A stretch of 64,000 bases of DNA, from NCBI GenBank assembly GCA_963664705.1, contig OY761556.1, forward strand, positions 4,256,001-4,320,000, in the 5' to 3' direction. Origin of the DNA: Acidobacteriota bacterium. GTDB lineage: Bacteria; Acidobacteriota; UBA6911. A model generated the notes under the pieces. The model was given only the letters and a program-made list of their open reading frames with translations, searched no databases and had not been told where the DNA came from. This document shows positions 39,572-48,690 of this stretch, one piece after another. A program made the position numbers and the translations under genes. Each line of letters starts with the position of its first letter. The stretch's first letter is position 1.

Positions 39572-39744
39572 AGGGGGGCAATTCTGGCACAGGCGGCCCA
39601 AAAACTCTACGGTTACTTGAAGATCAGAGCCGGGATCTCCTTGGAGAAATGCGCGGCAAACAGGAAAAACTGCCCTGATTGCCACGAATGTCCCCATCCC
39701 TAAACAAGCGCCTTCACCGGACTATCTTCCATTACTGTCCGCAT

Positions 39745-40302
39745 TTATAGCGCAATCACACCTTTTTGTATCAGGATCTCGAGAGTCCAGCGGGCAGCAT
39801 TTCCCACGACGCTCATGCATTTCGAAGGATCACTATGCCCACCCGCCGCTTCAAATGCCAGCCAGTCCTCCGGATTTTGAAGGTTGAAGGAACGGCCGAA
39901 AAGGCTCTTTTGAACCTGCGGACAAAGAATGGAACCATACTGACTGCTAAACTTGTCACCCAGGCATCGAGCCGCTTCCATTGCACGGCCCAATTGTTCC
40001 CTGCCTTCCGGCAGCATTTCCGTTGCCGAAACCTTATCCGCCGGGCGACCCAAATAATAGTCGAGCACAATGGTGCCCCCAATCACTCCACCACAAGCAC
40101 CCGTCGAAAGCCCAGCCTGCCCGCCGCACGAAGAAGTTGCGACCTGAACCACAATGCCATCAAAGCCGAGAATCTCCCTTAGCGCCGCTGCTGTACACTG
40201 CAAACAACTCCCGGAATTTCTTTCATAGGCCACGCCAAGTTCGAAAGCTTTATCCAGCAAAGAAGCCAACGAAAGTGTTCTGTATTTTTCGGATACCAAC
40301 AT
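39745..40302 (-). CDS. C_GCAxxG_C_C family putative redox protein
   Basis: SCLQC, GACGGVIG, YGSILC and KCMSVV motifs. Confidence 0.8.
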   Translation of the reverse strand: MLVSEKYRTLSLASLLDKAFELGVAYERNSGSCLQCTAAALREILGFDGIVVQVATSSCGGQAGLSTGACGGVIGGTIVLDYYLGRPADKVSATEMLPEGREQLGRAMEAARCLGDKFSSQYGSILCPQVQKSLFGRSFNLQNPEDWLAFEAAGGHSDPSKCMSVVGNAARWTLEILIQKGVIAL

Positions 40303-40321
40303 GAGTGTCTCTTTCCATATA

Positions 40322-40370
40322 GATTTCGGATTCCAGATTCCAGATTTTGGACTCCGGATTTTGGATTCCT
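40322..40370. repeat. Degenerate heptamer tandem repeat, 7 units
   Basis: gatttcg gattcca gattcca gattttg gactccg gattttg gattcct. Confidence 0.8.
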
Positions 40371-40507
40371 TGCATTTTCCTCTATTTCACGGCAAAGTTC
40401 GATGCTGTAATGCATATCGGTGAGGAACAGCCTTGGCTGGATGAATAAACCGAATCATCCGCCCGAGAAAGCAAGCATGTCGTAAAGCGGAAAAAGAGAG
40501 TGCGCGC

Positions 40508-41401
40508 ATGAATGATTACCTGCTGAGTCTGTTGCTGGGAATTGTGGAAGGCTTGACCGAGTTTCTGCCTGTCAGTTCAACCGCTCACCTGCGAATAACG
40601 GAAGCTCTGTTGCATGTCAGCCTCTCCAGCGGATACTGGAAAATGTACTCCATCGTTATCCAGCTGGGCGCGGTACTCTGCCTTCCCGTCTATTTCAGCA
40701 AACGGATCTCGGCATTTCTGGCTACATTCCCGCAAGGCGAACGAGGCGATCGCACGCTGTTCACGCATCCACTGAGCCTGACGTGCGTTGCCTTCGTCGT
40801 AACAGCAGTTCCGTCCTTCCTGCTGGCCAAGATCATTGGCAAACATCTCGAGAGTCTTACGATCATGGGCGGCTCGCTCGTGATTGGCGGCGTCATTATG
40901 TGGATTGTTGACAGGGCAAATTCGAAAGCGGAGCAGGCGGGACAAGGAAATCTCAAAAGCCGCATCACCACCTGGCATATGGAAGAGATGCGTCTCTGGC
41001 AGGCGATCTGGATTGGCGCATGCCAGATATTTTCCGCAGTATTCCCCGGGACATCGCGTTCGATGGCAACGATTGCAGCCGGACAGGCGGCCGGAATGTC
41101 GAGAGCCTCCGCCCTCGAGTTTTCCTTTTTTCTTTCCATTCCGACGATGGCTGCGGCTACGGGGTACGATTTATTGAAATCACTGGCGGGAAAAGGGGAA
41201 AACCCGATCGGGATCGGCCAGATGACATCCCACGAGTGGGGTGTTCTCGCGATCGGGTTCGTCGTATCATTTATTGTCGCATACGGCGTAGTGGCCTGGT
41301 TCCTGTCATGGGTACGACGAAGAGGTTTTGTTCCCTTCGCGATTTACCGGCTGGTCGCGGGCCTGCTGGTATTGGCATGGGCATGGAATTACCGCGGATA
41401 A
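40508..41401 (+). CDS. uppP: Undecaprenyl-diphosphate phosphatase
   Basis: GIVEGLTEFLPVSSTAHL, IQLGA, PGTSRS and EFSFFLSIP motifs. Confidence 0.95.
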   Translation: MNDYLLSLLLGIVEGLTEFLPVSSTAHLRITEALLHVSLSSGYWKMYSIVIQLGAVLCLPVYFSKRISAFLATFPQGERGDRTLFTHPLSLTCVAFVVTAVPSFLLAKIIGKHLESLTIMGGSLVIGGVIMWIVDRANSKAEQAGQGNLKSRITTWHMEEMRLWQAIWIGACQIFSAVFPGTSRSMATIAAGQAAGMSRASALEFSFFLSIPTMAAATGYDLLKSLAGKGENPIGIGQMTSHEWGVLAIGFVVSFIVAYGVVAWFLSWVRRRGFVPFAIYRLVAGLLVLAWAWNYRG

Positions 41402-41426
41402 ATGCCGCGTCCCGACGCCTGTCTCC

Positions 41427-43502
41427 TTATTTATTTCGGTCAAACCACTCAAGGACGCCCTTCTCCAGTTCTTTCAGATCCGGTTTGTGTCCTGCAATCG
41501 TGGAAGATTCCAACCACTCTTTATTCAAATCCCCCAGGTTAATTCCGGATCCTTCCCGAATAAAGATCGGGATTTGATGGAGATCGGCTGGAACCGTAAT
41601 GGTTCTGCCGCCCTTGTAAATATTTGCGGGGCGCCAGGCATCCTGCCAGCGTGCGCCTGCAGGCAGATAGACTTCCTGTTTTCGTTTGTCCTTTTCCCAG
41701 ACAGGCGAAACCAGTATGTCTTTGCCGTACAGGAAGGTCCACCAGTTGGACCATGCTGCCGTAGCCTTGGGATCTGCAAGAAACAACGGCCTTACAATCG
41801 GCTGCCCGGACCGGGAGGCTTCCCTGGCATGGGCAAAACCATAATCGACAAGCCGCTGATGCAGCCTCGCATAGAGGCGCCAGACCGCAATCAGGGTGGA
41901 GTCATAGTAGGGTTCCCGCGGAAGATTCCAGAAAGCCACGTTGCGCGTGGGGCCTACCTCCATGATCGGTGTGAAGCAACTGAATGCGAGCCAGCGCGCG
42001 CACATATCCTGATCGAGAGTCTGATCGTTGTAGCCGCAGGTATCGGAACCCCAATTGGGGTATCCCATCACAGCCGATCTCTGGACTGCGATGATAGATG
42101 CCCGCAACCCCCATTGCGTTCCCCCGATATCGCCGCCCCAGAACACTGCATGTTGTGAACTGCCCGTATACGCACCGCGTGGCATGGCAATAAAATCATC
42201 CCCGCGATATTTCCGTGCTATCTCGGCCACGCTTTTTGCATAGAGAGCCATATAGGCATTCCGGTTTTCCCGGATAGACTTGCCGTCAAATCGTCTGAAA
42301 GGCCCGTCATCCGGTATCTGCTCTTCGCCGCGATCGAGCTTGAAGCCGGCAACCCCCATTTTCAGCAGCTTCTCTATCCCTGCCTGCCAGTACGCTTTTG
42401 CGGCCGGATTCGAGAGATCCACCATCGGGTAATTGCTGGGACTTGGTTTCTGCCCTGCAAGAGTGTATCCCTTCTCTAATCCCTCCTTTTCCATGCGCCC
42501 CTGGAGAAAGGGAGCTATCCAGAGAACCATCTGCGTCTGCAGCGAATTCAACCACTTTACGGATGCTTCGAAATTCGGAAGCCGTTGCGGATCGACTTCA
42601 AAATCGTCATAGCCAAGCCGACCCGGCCCCCATGGACGATCGATCCAGTAGACACCACACGGAATTCCGTAAGCACGCATCATCAGGACATCTTCTATCA
42701 TCTCTGAATTGAAAGGTCCGCGCACCGGAGTGCCGTCATAGTAAGTCGTTCGTTGTGTGTGTTCATCGCGCCAGCGCCAGGGAGTGAACATCCATTTCGG
42801 CGGCAGGATTGGAGGGCCTGCATCCATGGCGTGAGCGGAAACAATCTCCGCCGGAGTCGCGGCCGTGTAAAGCTTGAACTCAAGCGCCGGCCCCTCAAAC
42901 TCCACGCGAACTCGACGCGGATCGGTTGCGCAAAAATCGTACTGCCCGGGCCAATCGGTTTTCATGAACAATCCATAGCCGCGCGAGGAAAGATAAAAGG
43001 GCGCATATACAGATGTAGTCGGTTTGACGATCATCTCTACCTTCTGACCTCGAAGGTTCATTGCCTCTTTCAATCCTGCAGCCCATGAATTCTGCTGTGG
43101 TCCGTCAACAACACGTTCCATCAGTCCGGTAAAATATTCCCTTCCGTCGGCGTTGATATCAAATCCCCACTTGCGGATGTCGCCCCCGGGCTGCGCACCT
43201 AAACGCACGGAATAGTTGCTTCCTTCCGGCAATACAGATATGGAGATTTTCCTCCCATCCTGCGTTTCCGATTCCCACGCGAGCGGCCTTCCTTGCGGTT
43301 TTGCACTCAACTGAACGGGGATAACCACGCGACCGGCTGCCGTCTCAAAATAGAAGCCATTCAAATGGAGGGGAATAGACATGTATTTTGATGGCAGGTG
43401 CAGGCCCGGCAGCACAGGGCTGCTTTGCAATGCCGGCTGCATAGACAATAGAATCGGCACTCCCGCCAGAATAAAAATGCGCAATAGTTTTCCGAATATC
43501 AT
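41427..43502 (-). CDS. GH31 alpha-glycosidase, exported
   Basis: WIDRPW, GFKLDRGE (nucleophile), WGGD, WGSDTCG and RPLF motifs. Signal-like N-terminus. Confidence 0.85.
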   Translation of the reverse strand: MIFGKLLRIFILAGVPILLSMQPALQSSPVLPGLHLPSKYMSIPLHLNGFYFETAAGRVVIPVQLSAKPQGRPLAWESETQDGRKISISVLPEGSNYSVRLGAQPGGDIRKWGFDINADGREYFTGLMERVVDGPQQNSWAAGLKEAMNLRGQKVEMIVKPTTSVYAPFYLSSRGYGLFMKTDWPGQYDFCATDPRRVRVEFEGPALEFKLYTAATPAEIVSAHAMDAGPPILPPKWMFTPWRWRDEHTQRTTYYDGTPVRGPFNSEMIEDVLMMRAYGIPCGVYWIDRPWGPGRLGYDDFEVDPQRLPNFEASVKWLNSLQTQMVLWIAPFLQGRMEKEGLEKGYTLAGQKPSPSNYPMVDLSNPAAKAYWQAGIEKLLKMGVAGFKLDRGEEQIPDDGPFRRFDGKSIRENRNAYMALYAKSVAEIARKYRGDDFIAMPRGAYTGSSQHAVFWGGDIGGTQWGLRASIIAVQRSAVMGYPNWGSDTCGYNDQTLDQDMCARWLAFSCFTPIMEVGPTRNVAFWNLPREPYYDSTLIAVWRLYARLHQRLVDYGFAHAREASRSGQPIVRPLFLADPKATAAWSNWWTFLYGKDILVSPVWEKDKRKQEVYLPAGARWQDAWRPANIYKGGRTITVPADLHQIPIFIREGSGINLGDLNKEWLESSTIAGHKPDLKELEKGVLEWFDRNK

Positions 43503-43640
43503 CACTGGCTCATCTCCAAGGGATTGTACGCTAAGAATATAGTAGGATTGATTTGCACAGCGCAACGAAAACGGGTAATAAGTCACCTATCTCCGGCCGA
43601 CGGACACTCCGCGGCTTACATCGTCTTGAGGGGTCTTTCG

Positions 43641-45164
43641 ATGAAACGATGCGTCCTGTTGGTTATGGCGGCCGTTTTGATTTCAGTCCAACTTAATAAT
43701 GTATCTGCGCGGAGCCCCAAGGTCCTGACTTGGGGAGACCAGGGAAACGGAACCTACGCAAACCCCGTCCTCAAATCCGACTACTCTGACCCGGACATCC
43801 TGAAAAATGGGGACGATTTTTATCTCATCGCTTCCGATTTCCATTTTGTAGGAATACAGGTCCTGCACTCCAAAGATCTGGTCAATTGGAAAATCATCGG
43901 TCAGGTCTTCAACCGCCTGTCCATGGGATCCAAGTATGATGAGATGAAGGCCTATAGCCAGGGAACCTGGGCCCCGGCGCTTCGATATCACAACGGAGAG
44001 TTTTATATCTTCGTCTGTACTCCCCAGGATGGATTATTCATGTGGCACGCCAGGAATCCCGCAGGCCCCTGGTCTGAAACAATCACGGTCAAAGCTATTC
44101 CGCGCTGGGAAGATCCCTGTCCTTTCTGGGATGACGACGGGCAGGCCTATCTGGTTCATAGCCAGGTAGGAGCGGGCCCCCTGATTTTGCATCGCATGAG
44201 CACCGATGGAACGCAACTGCTGGATGAAGGCAGGGAAATATACCGCGGCCCGGTCGCCGAGGGGCCGAAACTCTACAAACGCAAAGGCTATTACTATATA
44301 TCCCTGCCGGAAGGAGGCGTCGATACCGGCTGGCAGACAGTGCTGCGATCCAGGAACATCTATGGTCCGTATGAACGAAAAGAGGTTTTCCCAAAGGGAA
44401 GCCCGCATCAGGGAGGGTGGGTTGAACTTGATAATGGAGAGACGTGGTTCATGTCATTCAAATCCACCGGATACCTTGGAAGAATCTGCTACCTGAATCC
44501 CATACGGTGGACCGAGGACGGCTGGCCGGTTTTTGGAAACAACGGCCTTCCCGTGGATACCTGGAAAAAGCCTGATGTCGGGAAAAACTATTCCCCGGGG
44601 CATCCCCAAACCAGTGATGAATTCAAAGACAAAACGCTTTCCCCGATCTGGCAGTGGAATCACAACCCTGTTCCTTCCGCATGGTCACTCTTGGCGCGAC
44701 AGGGCTGGCTCAGGCTTACCGCTCAGCCAGCCAGCGGATTAAGCACTGCACGGAATACCCTCACCGAGAAGCTATGGGACAACACCGGTTCCGTCGAAGT
44801 CAAAATGGATGCCGGCCGGATGAAGGACGAACAATGCGCAGGATTTGCGTTCATGAGTGGCAGTGATTTCGGATGGATAGGAGTTAACCAGAATAAGGGT
44901 GTTCGCAGAGTACAGTGGAACGGAGGCGAGGGTCCGACTCTTACGCGCAAGGAGGTCTGGTTCAAGGGAGTCTATAGTGGCGATACGGCACAGCTCTACT
45001 ATAGTCTTGACGGTAAGAACTTCATCGATACAAAGACATCCTTTCGGCTTCTGTTCCGGTTCTGGAAAGGCGCACGCATTGCCATCTTCAGCTTTGGGGC
45101 GGAACCCGGATCTGCAGACTTCGACTATGTCCGATACGATTATGGAGAGCCTGGAAGGAAATAA
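43641..45164 (+). CDS. GH43 beta-xylosidase/arabinofuranosidase, exported
   Basis: Signal peptide, then SDYSDPD, WAP, EDP and AEGP motifs. C-terminal WQWNHNP ConA-like domain. Confidence 0.9.
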   Translation: MKRCVLLVMAAVLISVQLNNVSARSPKVLTWGDQGNGTYANPVLKSDYSDPDILKNGDDFYLIASDFHFVGIQVLHSKDLVNWKIIGQVFNRLSMGSKYDEMKAYSQGTWAPALRYHNGEFYIFVCTPQDGLFMWHARNPAGPWSETITVKAIPRWEDPCPFWDDDGQAYLVHSQVGAGPLILHRMSTDGTQLLDEGREIYRGPVAEGPKLYKRKGYYYISLPEGGVDTGWQTVLRSRNIYGPYERKEVFPKGSPHQGGWVELDNGETWFMSFKSTGYLGRICYLNPIRWTEDGWPVFGNNGLPVDTWKKPDVGKNYSPGHPQTSDEFKDKTLSPIWQWNHNPVPSAWSLLARQGWLRLTAQPASGLSTARNTLTEKLWDNTGSVEVKMDAGRMKDEQCAGFAFMSGSDFGWIGVNQNKGVRRVQWNGGEGPTLTRKEVWFKGVYSGDTAQLYYSLDGKNFIDTKTSFRLLFRFWKGARIAIFSFGAEPGSADFDYVRYDYGEPGRK

Positions 45165-45194
45165 CGCAGGGCGCATCTGACCGGAATGCCTCGC

Positions 45195-45917
45195 TTACGC
45201 TCCAAGTCCTGGATGCCCGCTCTCATCCAGGTAACGGCCGAGGTATTTGTCATGCCCGCCGGAAAGCACGATCACAGCGGTAACACAACCGATCAGACAA
45301 AAAAACATGTCGGTTTGCGTATCCCAGATATACCCTTGAGTCCCAAGGAATGCTTCGGTGCCGCCGCCGGGACTTGTAATGGCGGCCAGCCATTCCACAA
45401 TTTCGTAACCTGCCGAAATAGCCATCGGCACCGCTATCGCAAAAAGCGTAAGCACTTTCCCCCTGCGAAGGGGCGAAGTGCGGATCACGAACTCGCGAGC
45501 ATAGATCGCCGGCCCGAAGCCCTGCATGAAATGACCAATTTTGTCGTAATTGTTGCGAGTCCAACCAAACCAATCCTGCATCCAGAAGCCCAGCGGCACC
45601 CTGGCATAGGAATAGTGGCCGCCCAGCATGAGAATTACGGAATGGATAGCGATCAAAGTGTAGGTCAGGTTGGTAAGTGGAAACCGTCGGTAAGTCCACA
45701 GCAGGACGGGCAACGCGATAAAGCACGGAGCCGTTTCCAGAACCCAGGTCAGGCGCGTATCATGCGGCTTTATGCCCGACCAAATCCAGACCAGGAGCGC
45801 AATACACAGCAATAGCACGGGATATCTGCCGTTGAGCGATTGCACTTTTCCAGCCTGTTTCGGGAGCATGGCGCTGCCAACTCTATCACGTTTCAATGAA
45901 GCACAGGCAAGCATCAT
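45195..45917 (-). CDS. DUF2238 (YjdF-like) membrane protein
   Basis: GGHYSYARVP, RNNYDKIGH and FLGTQGYIWDTQTDM motifs. The start is probably downstream of 45917. Confidence 0.88.
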   Translation of the reverse strand: MMLACASLKRDRVGSAMLPKQAGKVQSLNGRYPVLLLCIALLVWIWSGIKPHDTRLTWVLETAPCFIALPVLLWTYRRFPLTNLTYTLIAIHSVILMLGGHYSYARVPLGFWMQDWFGWTRNNYDKIGHFMQGFGPAIYAREFVIRTSPLRRGKVLTLFAIAVPMAISAGYEIVEWLAAITSPGGGTEAFLGTQGYIWDTQTDMFFCLIGCVTAVIVLSGGHDKYLGRYLDESGHPGLGA

Positions 45918-46098
45918 TTCATGTGTGCCCGGAAAACAGGCGCGAAGCCCGTTACGCCATTTCCAACATTATTGTCGGAACAAAAAAAATATAATTACAT
46001 TTATGTAGATTTTATGCCTTTGACCCGTTTTTGTCATACATGGATTATATAATTGATAATATTATGTTTATAGGATAAATACGCATCACGGAGGTTTT

Positions 46099-46114
46099 TG
46101 GCATCTGTATTGCA
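46099..46114 (+). promoter_or_regulatory. Sigma54 (-24/-12) promoter of the glutamine synthetase gene
   Basis: TGGCATCTGTATTGCA has GG-N10-GC spacing and is preceded by an AT-rich tract. Confidence 0.75.
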
Positions 46115-46218
46115 TTAAAATAGGCGGGAGAGAGTAAATGGAATCTTATACACGCTGCGATGCGGATCGTCCCAAGGCCGGCGCAGTAGTTAACTTGATA
46201 TGAAAGGGAGCCAAAGAA

Positions 46219-48393
46219 ATGAGTACCTCGCGAATGAACGCGGTTGCAGCCGTTACCAGCTATAAGCCAATAGAAAAGCCATTGAGCTTCTCGGAAACAC
46301 CGTCGAAAGATCTGTTCGGACTGAATGTATTCAGCGATTCCGTGATGCGGGAGAGATTGCCGAAGGCGGTTTACAAGGCGATGCGTCGCACAATTGATAA
46401 AGGCGAAAAGCTGGACATCTCTGTGGCCGATGCAGTAGCCGTGGCCATGCGCGACTGGGCCATCGAAAAGGGAGCCACCCATTATGCTCATGTATTTTAT
46501 CCTCTGACCGGACAGACTGCCGAGAAGCATGACAGCTTCCTTGAACCGGACGGCAAAGGTGGCGTTCTGGCCGAGTTTTCCGCAAAGCAGTTGATCCAGG
46601 GCGAACCGGACGCATCCAGTTTCCCGTCCGGCGGACTGCGCGCGACGTTCGAGGCGCGCGGTTATACGGCATGGGATATAACCAGCCCAGCCTACATTCT
46701 GGAAAATCCGAATGGCACGACGCTCTGCATCCCGACAGCCTTCTGTTCCTGGACCGGAGAAGCTCTCGACAAAAAGGTTCCACTGCTCCGATCCATGCAG
46801 ATCCTGAATATCCAGGCCCAGCGGATTCTCAAGCTTTTCGGCAATGCGGATCCCGGGCTGGTATTTTCCACGGCAGGATGCGAGCAGGAATACTTCCTGA
46901 TCGATCGAAACTTCTTCTTTGCCAGACCAGATCTGATCAATGCAGGCCGCACGCTCTTTGGAGCCAGACCGCCCAAGGGACAGGAACTTGAGGATCAGTA
47001 TTTTGGCGCCATTCCTGAACGCGTCCTGGCATGCATGCTGGAAACAGAACGCGAACTCTACAAGCTTGGCGTGCCGGTCAAGACGCGGCACAACGAGGTT
47101 GCTCCGGCTCAATACGAAATTGCTCCTGTGTATGAAAATGCAAATCTGGCTACCGATCATCAGTATCTGACCATGACCACGCTCCAACGCGTGGCGCAAA
47201 AATACGGGATGACCTGCCTGTTGCATGAAAAACCTTTTGCAGGAATTAACGGATCGGGCAAGCATCTGAACTGGTCGCTCGGAACGCATTCGGCAAATCT
47301 TCTGGAACCGGGGAACACGCCCCACAGCAACATGCAGTTCCTGGTATTCTGCGCCTCCGCGATTCGCGCCGTCCATCTGCATGCGGACCTGTTGCGCTCG
47401 ACGGTAGCGCATTCCGGAAATGATCACCGCCTCGGCGCCAACGAAGCGCCGCCGGCCATTATCTCGATTTACTTGGGCGAACAGCTCACCGATATCTTTG
47501 AACAGATTGCCAAGGGCGGAGCCAAGTCCTCGAAAGAACCGGGTTACCTGAATGTAGGGGTGGATACTCTGCCTGCATTTCCGAAGGATGCGGGAGACCG
47601 CAACCGTACCAGCCCGTTCGCATTCACCGGAAACAAGTTCGAATTCCGCGCCGTTGGTTCCAGTCAGTCGGTAGCCGGGCCCCTGGTCGCATTAAACACC
47701 ATCATGGCGGAATCCCTGGACTATATCGCCACCGAACTTGAAAAGCAGACGCAGGGCGATTTCTCAAAGCTCAACGGCGCCGTACAGTCCGTGCTGAAGC
47801 AAATCATGAAGGATCATGGCGCCATCATTTACAACGGCGACAACTACATTGATGCATGGCACAAGGAAGCCGTAAAGCGAGGTTTGCCGAATCTCAGCAA
47901 TACCGTTGACGCGCTTCCGGCCCTGATGGCAAAGAAAAATGTCGACCTCATGGAGAAGTACAACGTCCTCTCCCCGCGTGAAATGGAGAGCCGTTGCGAA
48001 ATTTACCTCGAGCGCTATGTCAAGGATGTCGCGGTGGAATCGAAACTGACGCTGGAAATCGCCAAGACGACGATTTTCCCCGCAGCAGTGAAATATCAGA
48101 ACACGCTCGCATCTACAGCGCTGGCTCTCAAGGAATTGGGAAAGGTCCCCTGCACCGCGGTGCTGGATGAGTTGACGGATCTTGTGCAGAAGTTTGAGGT
48201 TGCAATCAATACGCTGCAGAAAGCGCTCGATCATCATTCTGAAGGATCCACGCTGGATCACGCAAAGTTCGCGCGTGACATGATTGTTCCTTCGATGGTC
48301 AAGGTCCGCGAAGTATCGGACAAGCTGGAGGGCGTCGTTTCCGATGAATTCTGGCCGTTGCCGACCTATCAGGAAATGCTGTTCATCAAGTAA
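46219..48393 (+). CDS. glnN: Glutamine synthetase type III
   Basis: 724 aa with [44 protein letters not shown] and [18 protein letters not shown] motifs. Confidence 0.95.
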   Translation: MSTSRMNAVAAVTSYKPIEKPLSFSETPSKDLFGLNVFSDSVMRERLPKAVYKAMRRTIDKGEKLDISVADAVAVAMRDWAIEKGATHYAHVFYPLTGQTAEKHDSFLEPDGKGGVLAEFSAKQLIQGEPDASSFPSGGLRATFEARGYTAWDITSPAYILENPNGTTLCIPTAFCSWTGEALDKKVPLLRSMQILNIQAQRILKLFGNADPGLVFSTAGCEQEYFLIDRNFFFARPDLINAGRTLFGARPPKGQELEDQYFGAIPERVLACMLETERELYKLGVPVKTRHNEVAPAQYEIAPVYENANLATDHQYLTMTTLQRVAQKYGMTCLLHEKPFAGINGSGKHLNWSLGTHSANLLEPGNTPHSNMQFLVFCASAIRAVHLHADLLRSTVAHSGNDHRLGANEAPPAIISIYLGEQLTDIFEQIAKGGAKSSKEPGYLNVGVDTLPAFPKDAGDRNRTSPFAFTGNKFEFRAVGSSQSVAGPLVALNTIMAESLDYIATELEKQTQGDFSKLNGAVQSVLKQIMKDHGAIIYNGDNYIDAWHKEAVKRGLPNLSNTVDALPALMAKKNVDLMEKYNVLSPREMESRCEIYLERYVKDVAVESKLTLEIAKTTIFPAAVKYQNTLASTALALKELGKVPCTAVLDELTDLVQKFEVAINTLQKALDHHSEGSTLDHAKFARDMIVPSMVKVREVSDKLEGVVSDEFWPLPTYQEMLFIK

Positions 48394-48416
48394 GTCGTCT
48401 CGACATTGACTTGTCT

Positions 48417-48451
48417 AAGGGGAGAAGAGCTGAGCTCTTCTCCCCTTTTTT
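48417..48451 (+). terminator. Rho-independent terminator after GSIII
   Basis: AAGGGGAGAAGAGC-TGA-GCTCTTCTCCCCTT perfect stem plus a T tract. Confidence 0.9.
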
Positions 48452-48509
48452 CTCCCCCCTCGACCCGCTGAATCGCTCAGATTTTCCAACTTCACAAATT
48501 CTCTAAATC

Positions 48510-48523
48510 TTGACTCGGATCAA
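48510..48523. promoter_or_regulatory. FNR/DNR-type box upstream of qNOR
   Basis: TTGAC-TCGG-ATCAA versus consensus TTGAT-N4-ATCAA. Confidence 0.65.
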
Positions 48524-48690
48524 GGATATTGATCCCGGCCTGCTCGAAAATGTAGAAGTCATTGGAGAACGGCGCGGGAAAATAATAATATCTTAACAAT
48601 GGTTCCTGCCCCCCTGAGAACCGTCAAGCAATCCAGTTGAAGAGGATTATTGGGATTTCCCCCATCGACCGTAGAAGGGAGCGATGTGCG

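Noticed and set aside
46045-47427. 460-aa minus-strand ORF
   Set aside because: Antisense to GSIII. The same applies to 6389..7522, 9237..10400 and other long shadow ORFs.
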